Assembly: GCA_016207405.1 (NCBI GenBank)
Contig: JACQPQ010000053.1
Coordinates: 8,246-72,245 of the forward strand
Direction: 5' to 3'
Length of the DNA stretch: 64,000 nt
Source of the DNA: Gammaproteobacteria bacterium
Lineage (GTDB): Bacteria > Pseudomonadota > Gammaproteobacteria > JACQPQ01
Under the pieces are notes generated by a model. The model was given only the letters and a program-made list of their open reading frames with translations. It searched no databases and was not told the DNA's origin. Every line of letters starts with the position of its first letter. Positions within the stretch are counted from its first letter, which is position 1. The translations under genes were made by a program, and so were the position numbers. This document shows, piece by piece, positions 45,757 to 55,081 of this stretch.

Positions 45757-47607
45757 TTACACACTGATTTTCTCAAGGCGCTTCCCTCCATATATAAAGT
45801 TGATGAGGGCACGGCTCACCATCACTGCCGTAAACATGGAAGTAAGAATACCCAACGTCAATGTCAGTGCAAATCCTTTCACAGGGCCCGTTCCTACCGC
45901 AAATAACACGAGGGCTGCCAATACCGTTGTAATATTGGAATCTGCAATGGTCGTCCAAGCACGTTCAAATCCTGCATGAATACTCGCCTGAGGACTATTA
46001 CCTCGCTTCAATTCTTCTTTAATGCGTTCAAAGATAATGACATTCGCATCCACTGCCATACCCAAGGTCAGTACAATACCCGCTATACCCGGCATGGTCA
46101 GCGTTGCCCCCGCAATAGAAGACATTAACGCCACAATTAAAATAAAATTTAAAAACAATGCAAAGTTGGCAATAAGACCGAATAACTTGTAATAGAGCGC
46201 CATAAATAGAATCACTAAAATAAATCCGATCTTGGCAGCTAACACCCCTTTTGCAATATTATCCTGCCCTAGACTTGGGCCTATCGTTCGTTCTTCGATA
46301 ATCTGAATGGGCGCAGCCAAAGATCCCGCTCTTAACAGCAACGCCAATTCTCTGGCTTCCCCATGGCTGTCTAGGCCTTGAATCCTAAACCGCTGGCCGA
46401 GTTTTTCCTGAATGGTTGCGACGTTGATGACATTCTCAACTTTTCGACTTGCGATCACCCCTTCCGTTTCAGGGGCTCCTATTCCACTTTTATGCTCTAC
46501 AAACACGACCGCCATGGGTTTTTTAATGTGCTCGCCTGTAAACTCGCTAAACTTCCGTCCTCCTGGCGCATTTAAAGTGATGTTAACCGTAGGTCGATTA
46601 TATTCATCCAACCCCGTCATAGCTCCCGTTACATGCTCACCTGAAATCACCACACGTTTCTTCAATAATTCTGGTTTTCCATTCCGCCAATAATAGACTG
46701 CAGAGTCTCCAGGAATAAATTCAGGAAGCCCTTGTTCCACACTGTGCTCATAATCCACCGCGTGAAACTCGACAGAAGCGGTTGCCCCCAAAATACGTTT
46801 GGCAAGCGCGGTGTCTTGAATGCCCGGCAACTCCACCACAATTCGAGAAGCGCCTTGCCTTTGTACAATCGCATCCGCCACCCCCAGTTCATTGGTTCGA
46901 TTGCGTAAAATGATAATATTTTGAGAAATGGCATAATCGCGGACTTCTTTTAGACTATTGTCCGAAAAACGAGCGAAGAGGGTAGTCGTATTCTTTTCTT
47001 CCAGTAGCAAGTCCCCAAATTGTCTGGACAGCAAACGTTTTGCATCGATAAGGTTTTCTGCCTCCCGAAAGGTCAACGAGATTTCCCCATCAGGCAAGGC
47101 AATAACCCCACTGTAACGAATTTTTTCAGTGCGTAAGAACGTTCGAAAGTCATCGACGGCTTGAAGAACACGGTGGGATAAAGCCGTCGCCATATCCACT
47201 TCAATCAGAAAATGTACCCCTCCTCTTAAGTCAAGCCCAAGTTTCATGGGCTTTAACCCTATCTTTTGCATCCAAATTGGGGTTGCTGGCGCGAGGTTTA
47301 AAGCTACCGTAAATCCATCTTCCAAAGCGCTTTGAAGCACACCTTGAGCGGATAGCTGAATGCTTTCGTCTGAAAATCGAATAAGAATGTTATTGGCTTT
47401 GTGCTCGGCCTTTAAAAAAGAAAACCCTGCTGTCTGCAATACGGCTTTAACCTTTTCTAAGGTTGCATCCGTAATGGGGCTGCGAGGTCCCCCGGTAATT
47501 TGAATGGCTGGATCTTCTCCGTATAAGTTAGGTAGGAAAAAAAGTACGCCCAGAACTAAAGCGATTCCAATCAGTAGAGCCTTCCATAGCGGTGTTCGAT
47601 TGAGCAT
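45757..47607 (-). CDS. secD: Protein translocase subunit SecD
   Basis: 616 aa. LGLDLRGGVHF, a large periplasmic domain, and C-terminal TM bundle (GIAGIVLTLGMAVDANVIIFERIKEE). Confidence 0.93.
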   Translation of the reverse strand: MLNRTPLWKALLIGIALVLGVLFFLPNLYGEDPAIQITGGPRSPITDATLEKVKAVLQTAGFSFLKAEHKANNILIRFSDESIQLSAQGVLQSALEDGFTVALNLAPATPIWMQKIGLKPMKLGLDLRGGVHFLIEVDMATALSHRVLQAVDDFRTFLRTEKIRYSGVIALPDGEISLTFREAENLIDAKRLLSRQFGDLLLEEKNTTTLFARFSDNSLKEVRDYAISQNIIILRNRTNELGVADAIVQRQGASRIVVELPGIQDTALAKRILGATASVEFHAVDYEHSVEQGLPEFIPGDSAVYYWRNGKPELLKKRVVISGEHVTGAMTGLDEYNRPTVNITLNAPGGRKFSEFTGEHIKKPMAVVFVEHKSGIGAPETEGVIASRKVENVINVATIQEKLGQRFRIQGLDSHGEARELALLLRAGSLAAPIQIIEERTIGPSLGQDNIAKGVLAAKIGFILVILFMALYYKLFGLIANFALFLNFILIVALMSSIAGATLTMPGIAGIVLTLGMAVDANVIIFERIKEELKRGNSPQASIHAGFERAWTTIADSNITTVLAALVLFAVGTGPVKGFALTLTLGILTSMFTAVMVSRALINFIYGGKRLEKISV

Positions 47608-47613
47608 ACCTTT

Positions 47614-48000
47614 TTAAGAACTTGCTTTTTTCTTTCCCCCGTTCTTCTCGGAGGAACTGGATGTCGCCTGAAGGGTTCCATTAGGAAGTAAAACGCCTAC
47701 CGCTTGCTTCTGAAGCAAAATATCGACGTTTTCACTAATTTTAAGGGTTATAAAGTCATCCGACACTTTAACAATTTTCCCTGCCATGCCTCCTGTGGTA
47801 ATGATTTCGTTCCCTTGAACAAGCGCACTGACCATGTTTCGGTGTTCCTTGGCACGCTTACTTTGCGGGCGAATAAGTAAAAAATAAAAGACCGCAAGAA
47901 TGGCGCCAAATAAGATAATTTGTGTCATGCCGCCACCGGCGGCTTGTGGGGCAGGTGAATTTGCAAAAACAGGCGCTATTAAAAAATCAAATACATTCAT
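47614..48000 (-). CDS. yajC: Preprotein translocase subunit YajC
   Basis: Single TM plus RPQSKRAKEHRNMV...GNEIITTGGMAGKIVKV. Located between tgt and secD. It has a Lys/Ser-rich C-terminal tail. Confidence 0.88.
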   Translation of the reverse strand: MNVFDFLIAPVFANSPAPQAAGGGMTQIILFGAILAVFYFLLIRPQSKRAKEHRNMVSALVQGNEIITTGGMAGKIVKVSDDFITLKISENVDILLQKQAVGVLLPNGTLQATSSSSEKNGGKKKASS

Positions 48001-48015
48001 GAAAGACCTCGTATT

Positions 48016-49110
<1,095 letters not shown>

Positions 49111-49512
49111 TCATACTGCCAGAATTTCTTGAATAAATTTTTGAAAATCCTTAAGGTGATTTTTCAAAATGTTTTTCACAATGAGTAAATCTAAATCTTG
49201 ATATTCATGAATAGCGATATTTCTAAATCCCACCATATCCTGCATCACTTGGGATGTGCTCTTCGAAAGCAGTTTTTTTTGTTCGAGAGAAACAAATACC
49301 TCTTTAGTCGCTTGAGGGATTTCAAGTTGCTTCAAACGCGCCACATGTCCTGCAATGTCGATGGCCGCTTCGCAAGTACGTTGTAAATTCAAGATAATGA
49401 CATCTTGCATATCTAAATCGTTCTCAAACTGAGCGGATTCATATTTGTCCCGAATGCGTTCTAAACATCGCTCAATTGTATCTATTTTTTTAGCAATGAT
49501 ATTATCCTGCAT
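49111..49512 (-). CDS. hepT: HepT-like (DUF86, HEPN) RNase toxin
   Basis: 133 aa. RX4HXY motif in FRNIAIHEY. It overlaps the upstream nucleotidyltransferase gene by 11 nt. Confidence 0.8.
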   Translation of the reverse strand: MQDNIIAKKIDTIERCLERIRDKYESAQFENDLDMQDVIILNLQRTCEAAIDIAGHVARLKQLEIPQATKEVFVSLEQKKLLSKSTSQVMQDMVGFRNIAIHEYQDLDLLIVKNILKNHLKDFQKFIQEILAV

Positions 49513-49909
49513 ATCTTTTCCTTTGGGCGTCTAAAAACGGTTTTCTGAAGTCTATTAAGCGAAGATACAAAAGCCATACATAGTCTTCAAAGGCACTTTC
49601 CGCATCATTCTCTTTACAAAAAACCACTGTACTGTCTTGAATAATTTCAAACTGTACCACAGTGGGAAGCGCGCGAAGATCGAGTAAATCCACGGGTAAA
49701 GGGGAGGCACGCTCCAAAACTTGCTTAATCTTATACAAAACAGGGAGGGGGAATTTTTTCTTCCCGAGGAGGGCTAAATCGATATCACTCTCTCGATTGG
49801 CACACCCATTTCTCGTGCTACCAAACCAGTAAATAGCTACAAGAGAGGGTACTCTTTTTTGAATGATGGAAGAGAGTGGTTTGATCAGTTGGGCGTAATC
49901 CATTCCCAT
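49502..49909 (-). CDS. mntA: MNT-type minimal nucleotidyltransferase antitoxin
   Basis: GSTRNGCANRESDIDLA is the GSxxxG...[DE]xD polbeta-NTase motif. 135 aa. Paired with hepT. Confidence 0.8.
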   Translation of the reverse strand: MGMDYAQLIKPLSSIIQKRVPSLVAIYWFGSTRNGCANRESDIDLALLGKKKFPLPVLYKIKQVLERASPLPVDLLDLRALPTVVQFEIIQDSTVVFCKENDAESAFEDYVWLLYLRLIDFRKPFLDAQRKRYAG

Positions 49910-49917
49910 GAATTTTT

Positions 49918-50775
49918 TTAAGAAGCAACCGCTTTCTCATCCACCAGCCGTTGTTCAGAAGGTACAACGGTCAGATTTTTTGCCTTCTTGGTGACGACCT
50001 TGGTTTTCTGTTTGGGAGGAATGAGCAGATCTACCTTGACTTCATCCGAATGCTCACCTTTCCGCTTTGCATGGTCAACAGAAGACCTATGAATTTGAGG
50101 CGCCATGGAAGAACGCAGGGAACCTTCTAATATTTTAGGTGGACACTGCCCCATGAGTTCTATTGCTTTCTCAATCCTCGCTTTGCTATCTGCAGTGGGA
50201 AGCACAAAATCCGCGCGGGCAATCCCAACACTTTTCCACCCTGCAGAAGACATAAAAGTCCGTCTAACGACACTGGCTGCTCTGGCTAATTGCTTTTCTA
50301 CGGTGGTTCTGTCCGATAAGCCAAAATGCCGAGCCGTCAAAAGAGCAATACATAAATCATCAAAGTCTGCAATTAAGTAGGCTCCCATATACCCATAAGG
50401 ATTGGGGAACTGAATGGGGATCAAAATGGGTTCTACCGAATGCGCAATTTCAATTTTAATGCTCACCAGCGCTTTCAGTTGCTCTTCGATACCCTTTCTG
50501 ATCTCTGCAATTTCCTCTCTTCCTCGCTCTAACGCATCATGGATGCGTAATAAAAACCAATCGGCGTAAGGATCATCGACTGCGGCACCCGACCAAATTT
50601 TTTGCACAAAAAAACCAAATTGAAGCATCCCAATAATCTGATTTTTCTCCCCTGATTTACGACGCCCATAAACCAGTCTCTGTGCTTGCCGGGTTTGAAT
50701 TTTTAAATGCGCAGATCCTAAAATCCTTCCCGGACGGTCATCTCCTCCTCTTGGCTGCTGCGTATTTTTATTCAT
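49918..50775 (-). CDS. PFL_4669/DUF1845-like protein (integrative-conjugative-element family), orphan copy
   Basis: From my memory of the family: the blocks DDPYADWFLLRI, AYLIADFDDLCIALLTARHFGL, DRTTVEKQLARAASVVRRTF and ILEGSLRSSMAP parallel the ICE protein family typified by Pseudomonas PFL_4669 (DDPYADWW.LRI, YLLADYDD, VLEGTRRS.FAP). Start at ATG 50775, with an ATGA overlap onto the leucine dehydrogenase stop. Confidence 0.5.
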   Translation of the reverse strand: MNKNTQQPRGGDDRPGRILGSAHLKIQTRQAQRLVYGRRKSGEKNQIIGMLQFGFFVQKIWSGAAVDDPYADWFLLRIHDALERGREEIAEIRKGIEEQLKALVSIKIEIAHSVEPILIPIQFPNPYGYMGAYLIADFDDLCIALLTARHFGLSDRTTVEKQLARAASVVRRTFMSSAGWKSVGIARADFVLPTADSKARIEKAIELMGQCPPKILEGSLRSSMAPQIHRSSVDHAKRKGEHSDEVKVDLLIPPKQKTKVVTKKAKNLTVVPSEQRLVDEKAVAS

Positions 50776-51827
50776 AACAAAGTCCTCTTTTGATTTATTA
50801 GCCGCTTCTCTGCAAGCAGTTTCGCAGCTTGGTGTGGTAAACACCGCTCACTTTCTGCAAGCTGAAATACTTGCATCAGTGTGTGATAAATCGCTTTGAC
50901 TTTTTCTGTTGCTTCTTCTCTTTTATAAGAACGATTGACTTCAAAAGAGATATTAATCACACCGCCTGCATTGACCACATAATCTGGTGCATAGAGAATG
51001 CCCCGCTTAGCCAGTAATGCTCCATGCTTGTCTTCATCCCATAATTGGTTGTTTGCAGCACCTACAATCATTTTGCACTGAAGTTCGGGTAAGGTTTCAT
51101 CCCGGAGGACACCCCCCAATGCACAAGGAGAAAAAATATCGACCTCCAAACGATGAATGTTTTCAGGAACCGCTTCCGCCTGATAAATCTGTGCAATACG
51201 ATGCATCTTCTCACAGTTCATATCGTTTACAAAAAGTTTTACGCCTTCTTGGTACAATAATTTACAAAGCTCCGATCCTACCGATCCGAGCCCTTGCACT
51301 GCCACACGAAGCCCTTTTAGAGTTTTGTGACCCAATCGATAGAAGACCGCGGCTTTTATCCCTTCAAACACGCCTAATGCTGTAAAAGGAGAAGGCTCAC
51401 CGCTTCCCCCTTTGCTTTCAGGTAACCCCGTGACAAAAGGAGTTGCTTTTCGAATATCCACCATGTCATTTTCATTCGTGTTCACATCGGCAGCGGTGAT
51501 ATAATTCCCTCCTAGCCGATGCACAAATCGTCCATATGCCAACAATAATTCATGCGTCTTCAAATGCGGGGAAGCTATGACGACCGCTTTCCCCCCCCCA
51601 AAAGCAAGACCGGCTGCGGCGTTTTTATAGGTCATTCCCCGCGCAAGACGAAGTACATCCACCAAAGCCGCTTCGTCATCCTCATAAGGCCATAAACGTG
51701 TGCCCCCCAACGCAGGTCCTAAAGCAGTACTATGAACGGCAATAATCGCCTTTAACCCAACGGTTTTATCTTGGCAGAAAACAACCTGTTCATGCCCCTT
51801 GCTCTCTAGTCTATTGAATATGTTCAC
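50772..51827 (-). CDS. Leucine dehydrogenase (Glu/Leu/Phe/Val dehydrogenase family)
   Basis: GPALGGTRLWPY, catalytic KNAAAGLAFGGGKAV, NAD fold VAVQGLGSVG. 351 aa. Confidence 0.85.
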   Translation of the reverse strand: MNIFNRLESKGHEQVVFCQDKTVGLKAIIAVHSTALGPALGGTRLWPYEDDEAALVDVLRLARGMTYKNAAAGLAFGGGKAVVIASPHLKTHELLLAYGRFVHRLGGNYITAADVNTNENDMVDIRKATPFVTGLPESKGGSGEPSPFTALGVFEGIKAAVFYRLGHKTLKGLRVAVQGLGSVGSELCKLLYQEGVKLFVNDMNCEKMHRIAQIYQAEAVPENIHRLEVDIFSPCALGGVLRDETLPELQCKMIVGAANNQLWDEDKHGALLAKRGILYAPDYVVNAGGVINISFEVNRSYKREEATEKVKAIYHTLMQVFQLAESERCLPHQAAKLLAEKRLINQKRTLL

Positions 51828-51989
51828 AAACCCTCTCTCTCAAAAACAATAATATATAAAAAATTCCTACTTTTTACAGTCTTTTAGAGTAGCCATCATA
51901 ACAAAACTTTACCTGTGGGACCTATTTTTGATTTGAGGCCATCTCTTCTTCCTCCCCCCCATTTTTGGAGAGCCTCTCTCATACCTCCT

Positions 51990-52022
51990 ACGGGATGACG
52001 CCTCGTGTATTTTTAGATGTGC
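51990..52022 (+). promoter_or_regulatory. 33-nt conserved box, copy 1 (acgggatgacgcctcgtgtatttttagatgtgc)
   Basis: 31 of 33 positions are identical to 54273..54305. Both copies are preceded by a cctctctc motif and both lie upstream of plus-strand genes. Confidence 0.5.
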
Positions 52023-52143
52023 ACGAATAGATACATTTATTTTTGAAAGGATCTTGAAAAGTGCTCTGATTGAGATCAGGATATAAACGAACCGGTTATC
52101 CTGGTGGATCTAATTGACTTTCAGAGCAACGAACGAGACAAAT

Positions 52144-53802
52144 ATGCCTGACTTTTTTCAAAATCCTCCCGTATTGCGTAATGCATATCAATGTGATGTG
52201 CTGCTCCAATCTTATTTGCGTCGTATGTTACCTCCTGATCTATTGAATGTTATCGAAGCAGATCTAAAAAACTTCGGTGCACGCGTGGTTGGAGATATCC
52301 TTGAGATGGGGCACGATGCCGAAGACAACCTGCCGCGATTGATACAGTACGATCCCTGGGGAAGGCGTATTGACAAAATTCAGCTTGCACACGGCTGGGG
52401 GGCTCTCGATACAGTATCTGCAAACGAAGGTTTGGTGGCCATTGGCTATGAACGTACTTACGGAGCACTGTCGCGCCTTTATCAATTTGCCAAGCTGTAC
52501 CTCTTTCACCCTTCTTCGGCAATTTATACCTGTCCCCTCGCGATGACAGATGGAGCTGCGCGTTTGATTGAAGTTTTGGAAGAGAACACTCTCCGGAAAA
52601 CTTTTTACCAACACTTTATCTCACGCGATCCCAAACACTTTTGGACCTGTGGGCAATGGATGACTGAACGCACAGGTGGTTCAGATGTTTCTGGCACACA
52701 AACCATCGCACGCTTGGAGAAAGAGGGCTATCGACTCTACGGCACCAAATGGTTTGCTTCGGCTGTGACAGCTCAAACCGCAGTGATGCTTGCACAGATT
52801 GAGGAAGAATATGGCGGACACAATAACCGTGATTCAGGGCTCAGTCTTTTTGCAACACGCGCTTATAAAGACGGCGGGCAACTGGACCAAATTGAGATCC
52901 TTCGTCTCAAGGATAAACTCGGAACCCGCGCCCTGCCAACTGCAGAGATCACTCTCACAGGCTGCAAGGCGCACTTAATGGGAGGTAAAGGCAACGGCGT
53001 CAAAAAAATTTCAACCGTTCTCAACATAACGCGCACCTATAACACGATTTGCGCTGTAGCCTCCATGCGTCGCGCAATTACGCTTGCCACCGAGTACGCA
53101 CCCATACGCAATGCCTTTGGAAAAAATCTTTTGGAACATGCCCTCCATCGCGAAACGCTCACCAACCTTGAAGTCGAGTTTTCTGGCGCCTTCCATTTAG
53201 CTTTTTTCATTGTAACACTGCTCGGCAAAGAAGAACTCAAAACAGCGAGCGAAGAAGAACTCTCTGCGCTTAGAATACTCACCCCAATTGCAAAATTGTA
53301 CACTGCCAAACAGGCTATTGGTGTTGTCAGCGAGGCAATCGAATGTTTTGGTGGTGCAGGCTATATCGAAGACACACGCTTGCCCACGCTCCTGCGCGAC
53401 ACGCAGGTGTTCTCTATCTGGGAAGGCACGACCAATATTTTGAGTCTCGATATGTTAAGAGCCATTGGAAAACAAAATGTATTCGACCAGCTCGTCAAGC
53501 TCTTTTTAGCAAAACTTTCACAGGAGACGCATACAGAATTAGATCAGTGTATCGGAAAGACCAAAGAATCCTGGGAAAAACTCGTGGAATTTCTAACAGT
53601 AGCCAGAACGCAACCCACTGATTTTATCGAGACGAATGCGCGAAAGTTTGCCTATGCCATTGCTGAAACTTCTATTGCCTCACTCATGATTGAACATACA
53701 CGCTGGGGTTTGAGCAACCAAGAGGGGGGGCAGCACCTGACCTTTACCCAAAATTGGTGTCAGAAGCTGGGGAGGCTCTTTCATTCCCACCTCTGTACAT
53801 GA
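52144..53802 (+). CDS. Acyl-CoA dehydrogenase family protein (AidB-like, long form)
   Basis: About 550 aa. MTERTGGSDV, KWFASA, and the C-terminal ACAD helical domain (ECFGGAGYIEDT, IWEGTTNI). Start at ATG 52144; the ORF-track start at 52114 is a TTG. Confidence 0.75.
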   Translation: MPDFFQNPPVLRNAYQCDVLLQSYLRRMLPPDLLNVIEADLKNFGARVVGDILEMGHDAEDNLPRLIQYDPWGRRIDKIQLAHGWGALDTVSANEGLVAIGYERTYGALSRLYQFAKLYLFHPSSAIYTCPLAMTDGAARLIEVLEENTLRKTFYQHFISRDPKHFWTCGQWMTERTGGSDVSGTQTIARLEKEGYRLYGTKWFASAVTAQTAVMLAQIEEEYGGHNNRDSGLSLFATRAYKDGGQLDQIEILRLKDKLGTRALPTAEITLTGCKAHLMGGKGNGVKKISTVLNITRTYNTICAVASMRRAITLATEYAPIRNAFGKNLLEHALHRETLTNLEVEFSGAFHLAFFIVTLLGKEELKTASEEELSALRILTPIAKLYTAKQAIGVVSEAIECFGGAGYIEDTRLPTLLRDTQVFSIWEGTTNILSLDMLRAIGKQNVFDQLVKLFLAKLSQETHTELDQCIGKTKESWEKLVEFLTVARTQPTDFIETNARKFAYAIAETSIASLMIEHTRWGLSNQEGGQHLTFTQNWCQKLGRLFHSHLCT

Positions 53803-53831
53803 CAAATCTGTACAGGATAAAATTTCCGCCC

Positions 53832-53874
53832 GTTCACCCTGAGGAGGCGCGCAGCGCCGTCTCGAAGGGTGAAC
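53832..53874. repeat. 43-bp palindromic repeat (gttcaccct-gaggaggcgcgcagcgccgtctcga-agggtgaac)
   Basis: 9-bp terminal stems. The internal sequence is shared (reverse complement) with 36350-36373. It lies just downstream of the acyl-CoA dehydrogenase stop. Confidence 0.65.
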
Positions 53875-53899
53875 ATTTCATCACAATGCCTTTTTTCGT

Positions 53900-54097
53900 T
53901 TAGCATAAAGTGATAATGCTCTCCAGTCGCTTCTCATCGGAAAAGCAATTTCCGCAGCGTCTAACACCCACTAAGCCTAAAGCATGTTCTACCGGGTGCG
54001 TAAATTTTTGCTGTCTGGGAAGCGCTTGCTTCTGCACCATGTGAAGCTATTCTGTCCAATCATCCAATGCTTTTTTTAGAATAGGTGAAGATAACAT
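53900..54097 (-). pseudogene. Small ORF (65 codons) interrupted by an in-frame TAG at codon 17
   Basis: Good RBS (aaagagg) lies 6 nt before ATG 54097. The frame reads MLSSPILKKALDDWTE*LHMVQKQALPRQQKFTHPVEHALGLVGVRRCGNCFSDEKRLESIITLC*. The function is unknown. It could instead be a 46-aa ORF starting at the internal ATG. Confidence 0.25.
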
Positions 54098-54098
54098 C

Positions 54099-54153
54099 TA
54101 TAACCTCTTTTTAGGTTAATTTATTGGAATTTATAACCTGTATAAAGGTTATA
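54099..54153. promoter_or_regulatory. Two operator-like palindromes TATAACCT-N6-AGGTTAWA
   Basis: 54099-54120 is tataacct-cttttt-aggttaat. 54132-54153 is tataacct-gtataa-aggttata. The centres are 33 bp apart, and the first overlaps the RBS of the small minus-strand ORF. Confidence 0.4.
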
Positions 54154-54272
54154 AGATCTTCTACAAAAAAATAAGGCATCTATTCAGCACATTTTAAAAA
54201 CCAAGAACTGTCGTCCCGGGTCGCGCGCCGTGACCACCCCTCTCTCGAATAAGCTTATCACACGGCGCTTGA

Positions 54273-54305
54273 ACGGGATGACACCTCGTATATTTTTAGA
54301 TGTGC
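54273..54305 (+). promoter_or_regulatory. 33-nt conserved box, copy 2 (acgggatgacacctcgtatatttttagatgtgc)
   Basis: See 51990..52022. This copy ends 25 nt upstream of the -35 hexamer of the dcw (mraZ) promoter. Confidence 0.5.
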
Positions 54306-54330
54306 TAGCGACAAGAGTGGGAAATGAAAC

Positions 54331-54360
54331 TTGACAAAACTTTACTTTGCTAACTATAGT
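54331..54360 (+). promoter_or_regulatory. Candidate sigma70 promoter of the dcw cluster (Pmra)
   Basis: -35 TTGACA (54331-36), 18-nt spacer, -10 TATAGT (54355-60). It is followed directly by MraZ-box-like repeats. Confidence 0.6.
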
Positions 54361-54403
54361 GTAGTTAGGTGGGTAAAAGTGGAAGAAGGTAGTTGAAAGT
54401 GGG
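54359..54403 (+). promoter_or_regulatory. MraZ operator-like phased repeats
   Basis: Five pentamers at exact 10-bp phasing: GTGTA (54359), GTGGG (54369), GTGGA (54379), GTAGT (54389), GTGGG (54399). This matches the known GTGGG-N5 direct-repeat architecture of MraZ binding sites. Confidence 0.6.
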
Positions 54404-54595
54404 TCGTGTGTTTGAACTCTTGGATGTCGGAAATTGAACGATACTGCCTGTTCAATAAAATAATCTCTCCTGCCGACATCCGTAGAGTTTCCCTCCCCTG
54501 CTCGAGGGATGGTTGTTGAGTGTGGGGGTGTGGAGCGAATGTTCCACATCCCTTTTTTATAGGAGACTAAAGAAGGAAGAAGCGGGCGAATAAAA

Positions 54596-55081
54596 ATGAA
54601 CGAGAGATCAGCAACCCCCATCGTGTTCCGGGGCATTAGCGTCATGTACCTGGACGAAAAAGGGCGAATGGCCATCCCGAGCCGTTATCGAGATCTTTTG
54701 CGGGACCAATTTAATAGTCAACTCGTTGCCACGATTGATACAGAGGAAACTTGTTTATTGATCTATCCTCTTCCCGAATGGAATCTTATCCAACAGAAAA
54801 TTGAAAACCTTCCTACTTTTAATCCTATCGCAAGAAGAATTCAAAGACTTTTAATAGGCTATGCAACCGATTTAGAGATGGACAAATCGGGCCGAGTGCT
54901 TATCCCTCCCTTATTACGGGAATATGGCAAATTGACTAAGGGATGCATTCTGGTAGGGCAAGGTAAAAAATTTGAGTTGTGGGACGAAGCGAATTGGAAT
55001 GCCCGCCGTGATAACTGGTTGACAGAAGGATTTAAAGGAGAGTGGGCATTACCCCCAGAAATGCAATCCCTTTCTCTGTAA
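54596..55081 (+). CDS. mraZ: Transcriptional regulator MraZ
   Basis: FRGISVMYLDEKGRMAIPSRYRD (first SpoVT/AbrB-like DxxxR half) and MDKSGRVLIPPLLREY (second half). It parallels E. coli MraZ. By homology the true start may be GTG 54623 (V-FRG). Confidence 0.9.
   Translation: MNERSATPIVFRGISVMYLDEKGRMAIPSRYRDLLRDQFNSQLVATIDTEETCLLIYPLPEWNLIQQKIENLPTFNPIARRIQRLLIGYATDLEMDKSGRVLIPPLLREYGKLTKGCILVGQGKKFELWDEANWNARRDNWLTEGFKGEWALPPEMQSLSL

Noticed and set aside
54184-54675. 163-aa minus-strand ORF spanning the mraZ promoter, leader and start
   Set aside because: It overlaps the promoter, the MraZ boxes and the 5' end of mraZ. It has no RBS or recognisable motif, so it is best explained as a chance open frame in a leader region.
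55042-55081. A 40-nt overlap of rsmH with mraZ as a programmed feature
   Set aside because: It more likely reflects uncertainty in the rsmH start (GTG 55042 with almost no spacing to the SD, versus the non-canonical ATT 55081). There is not enough evidence for anything unusual.
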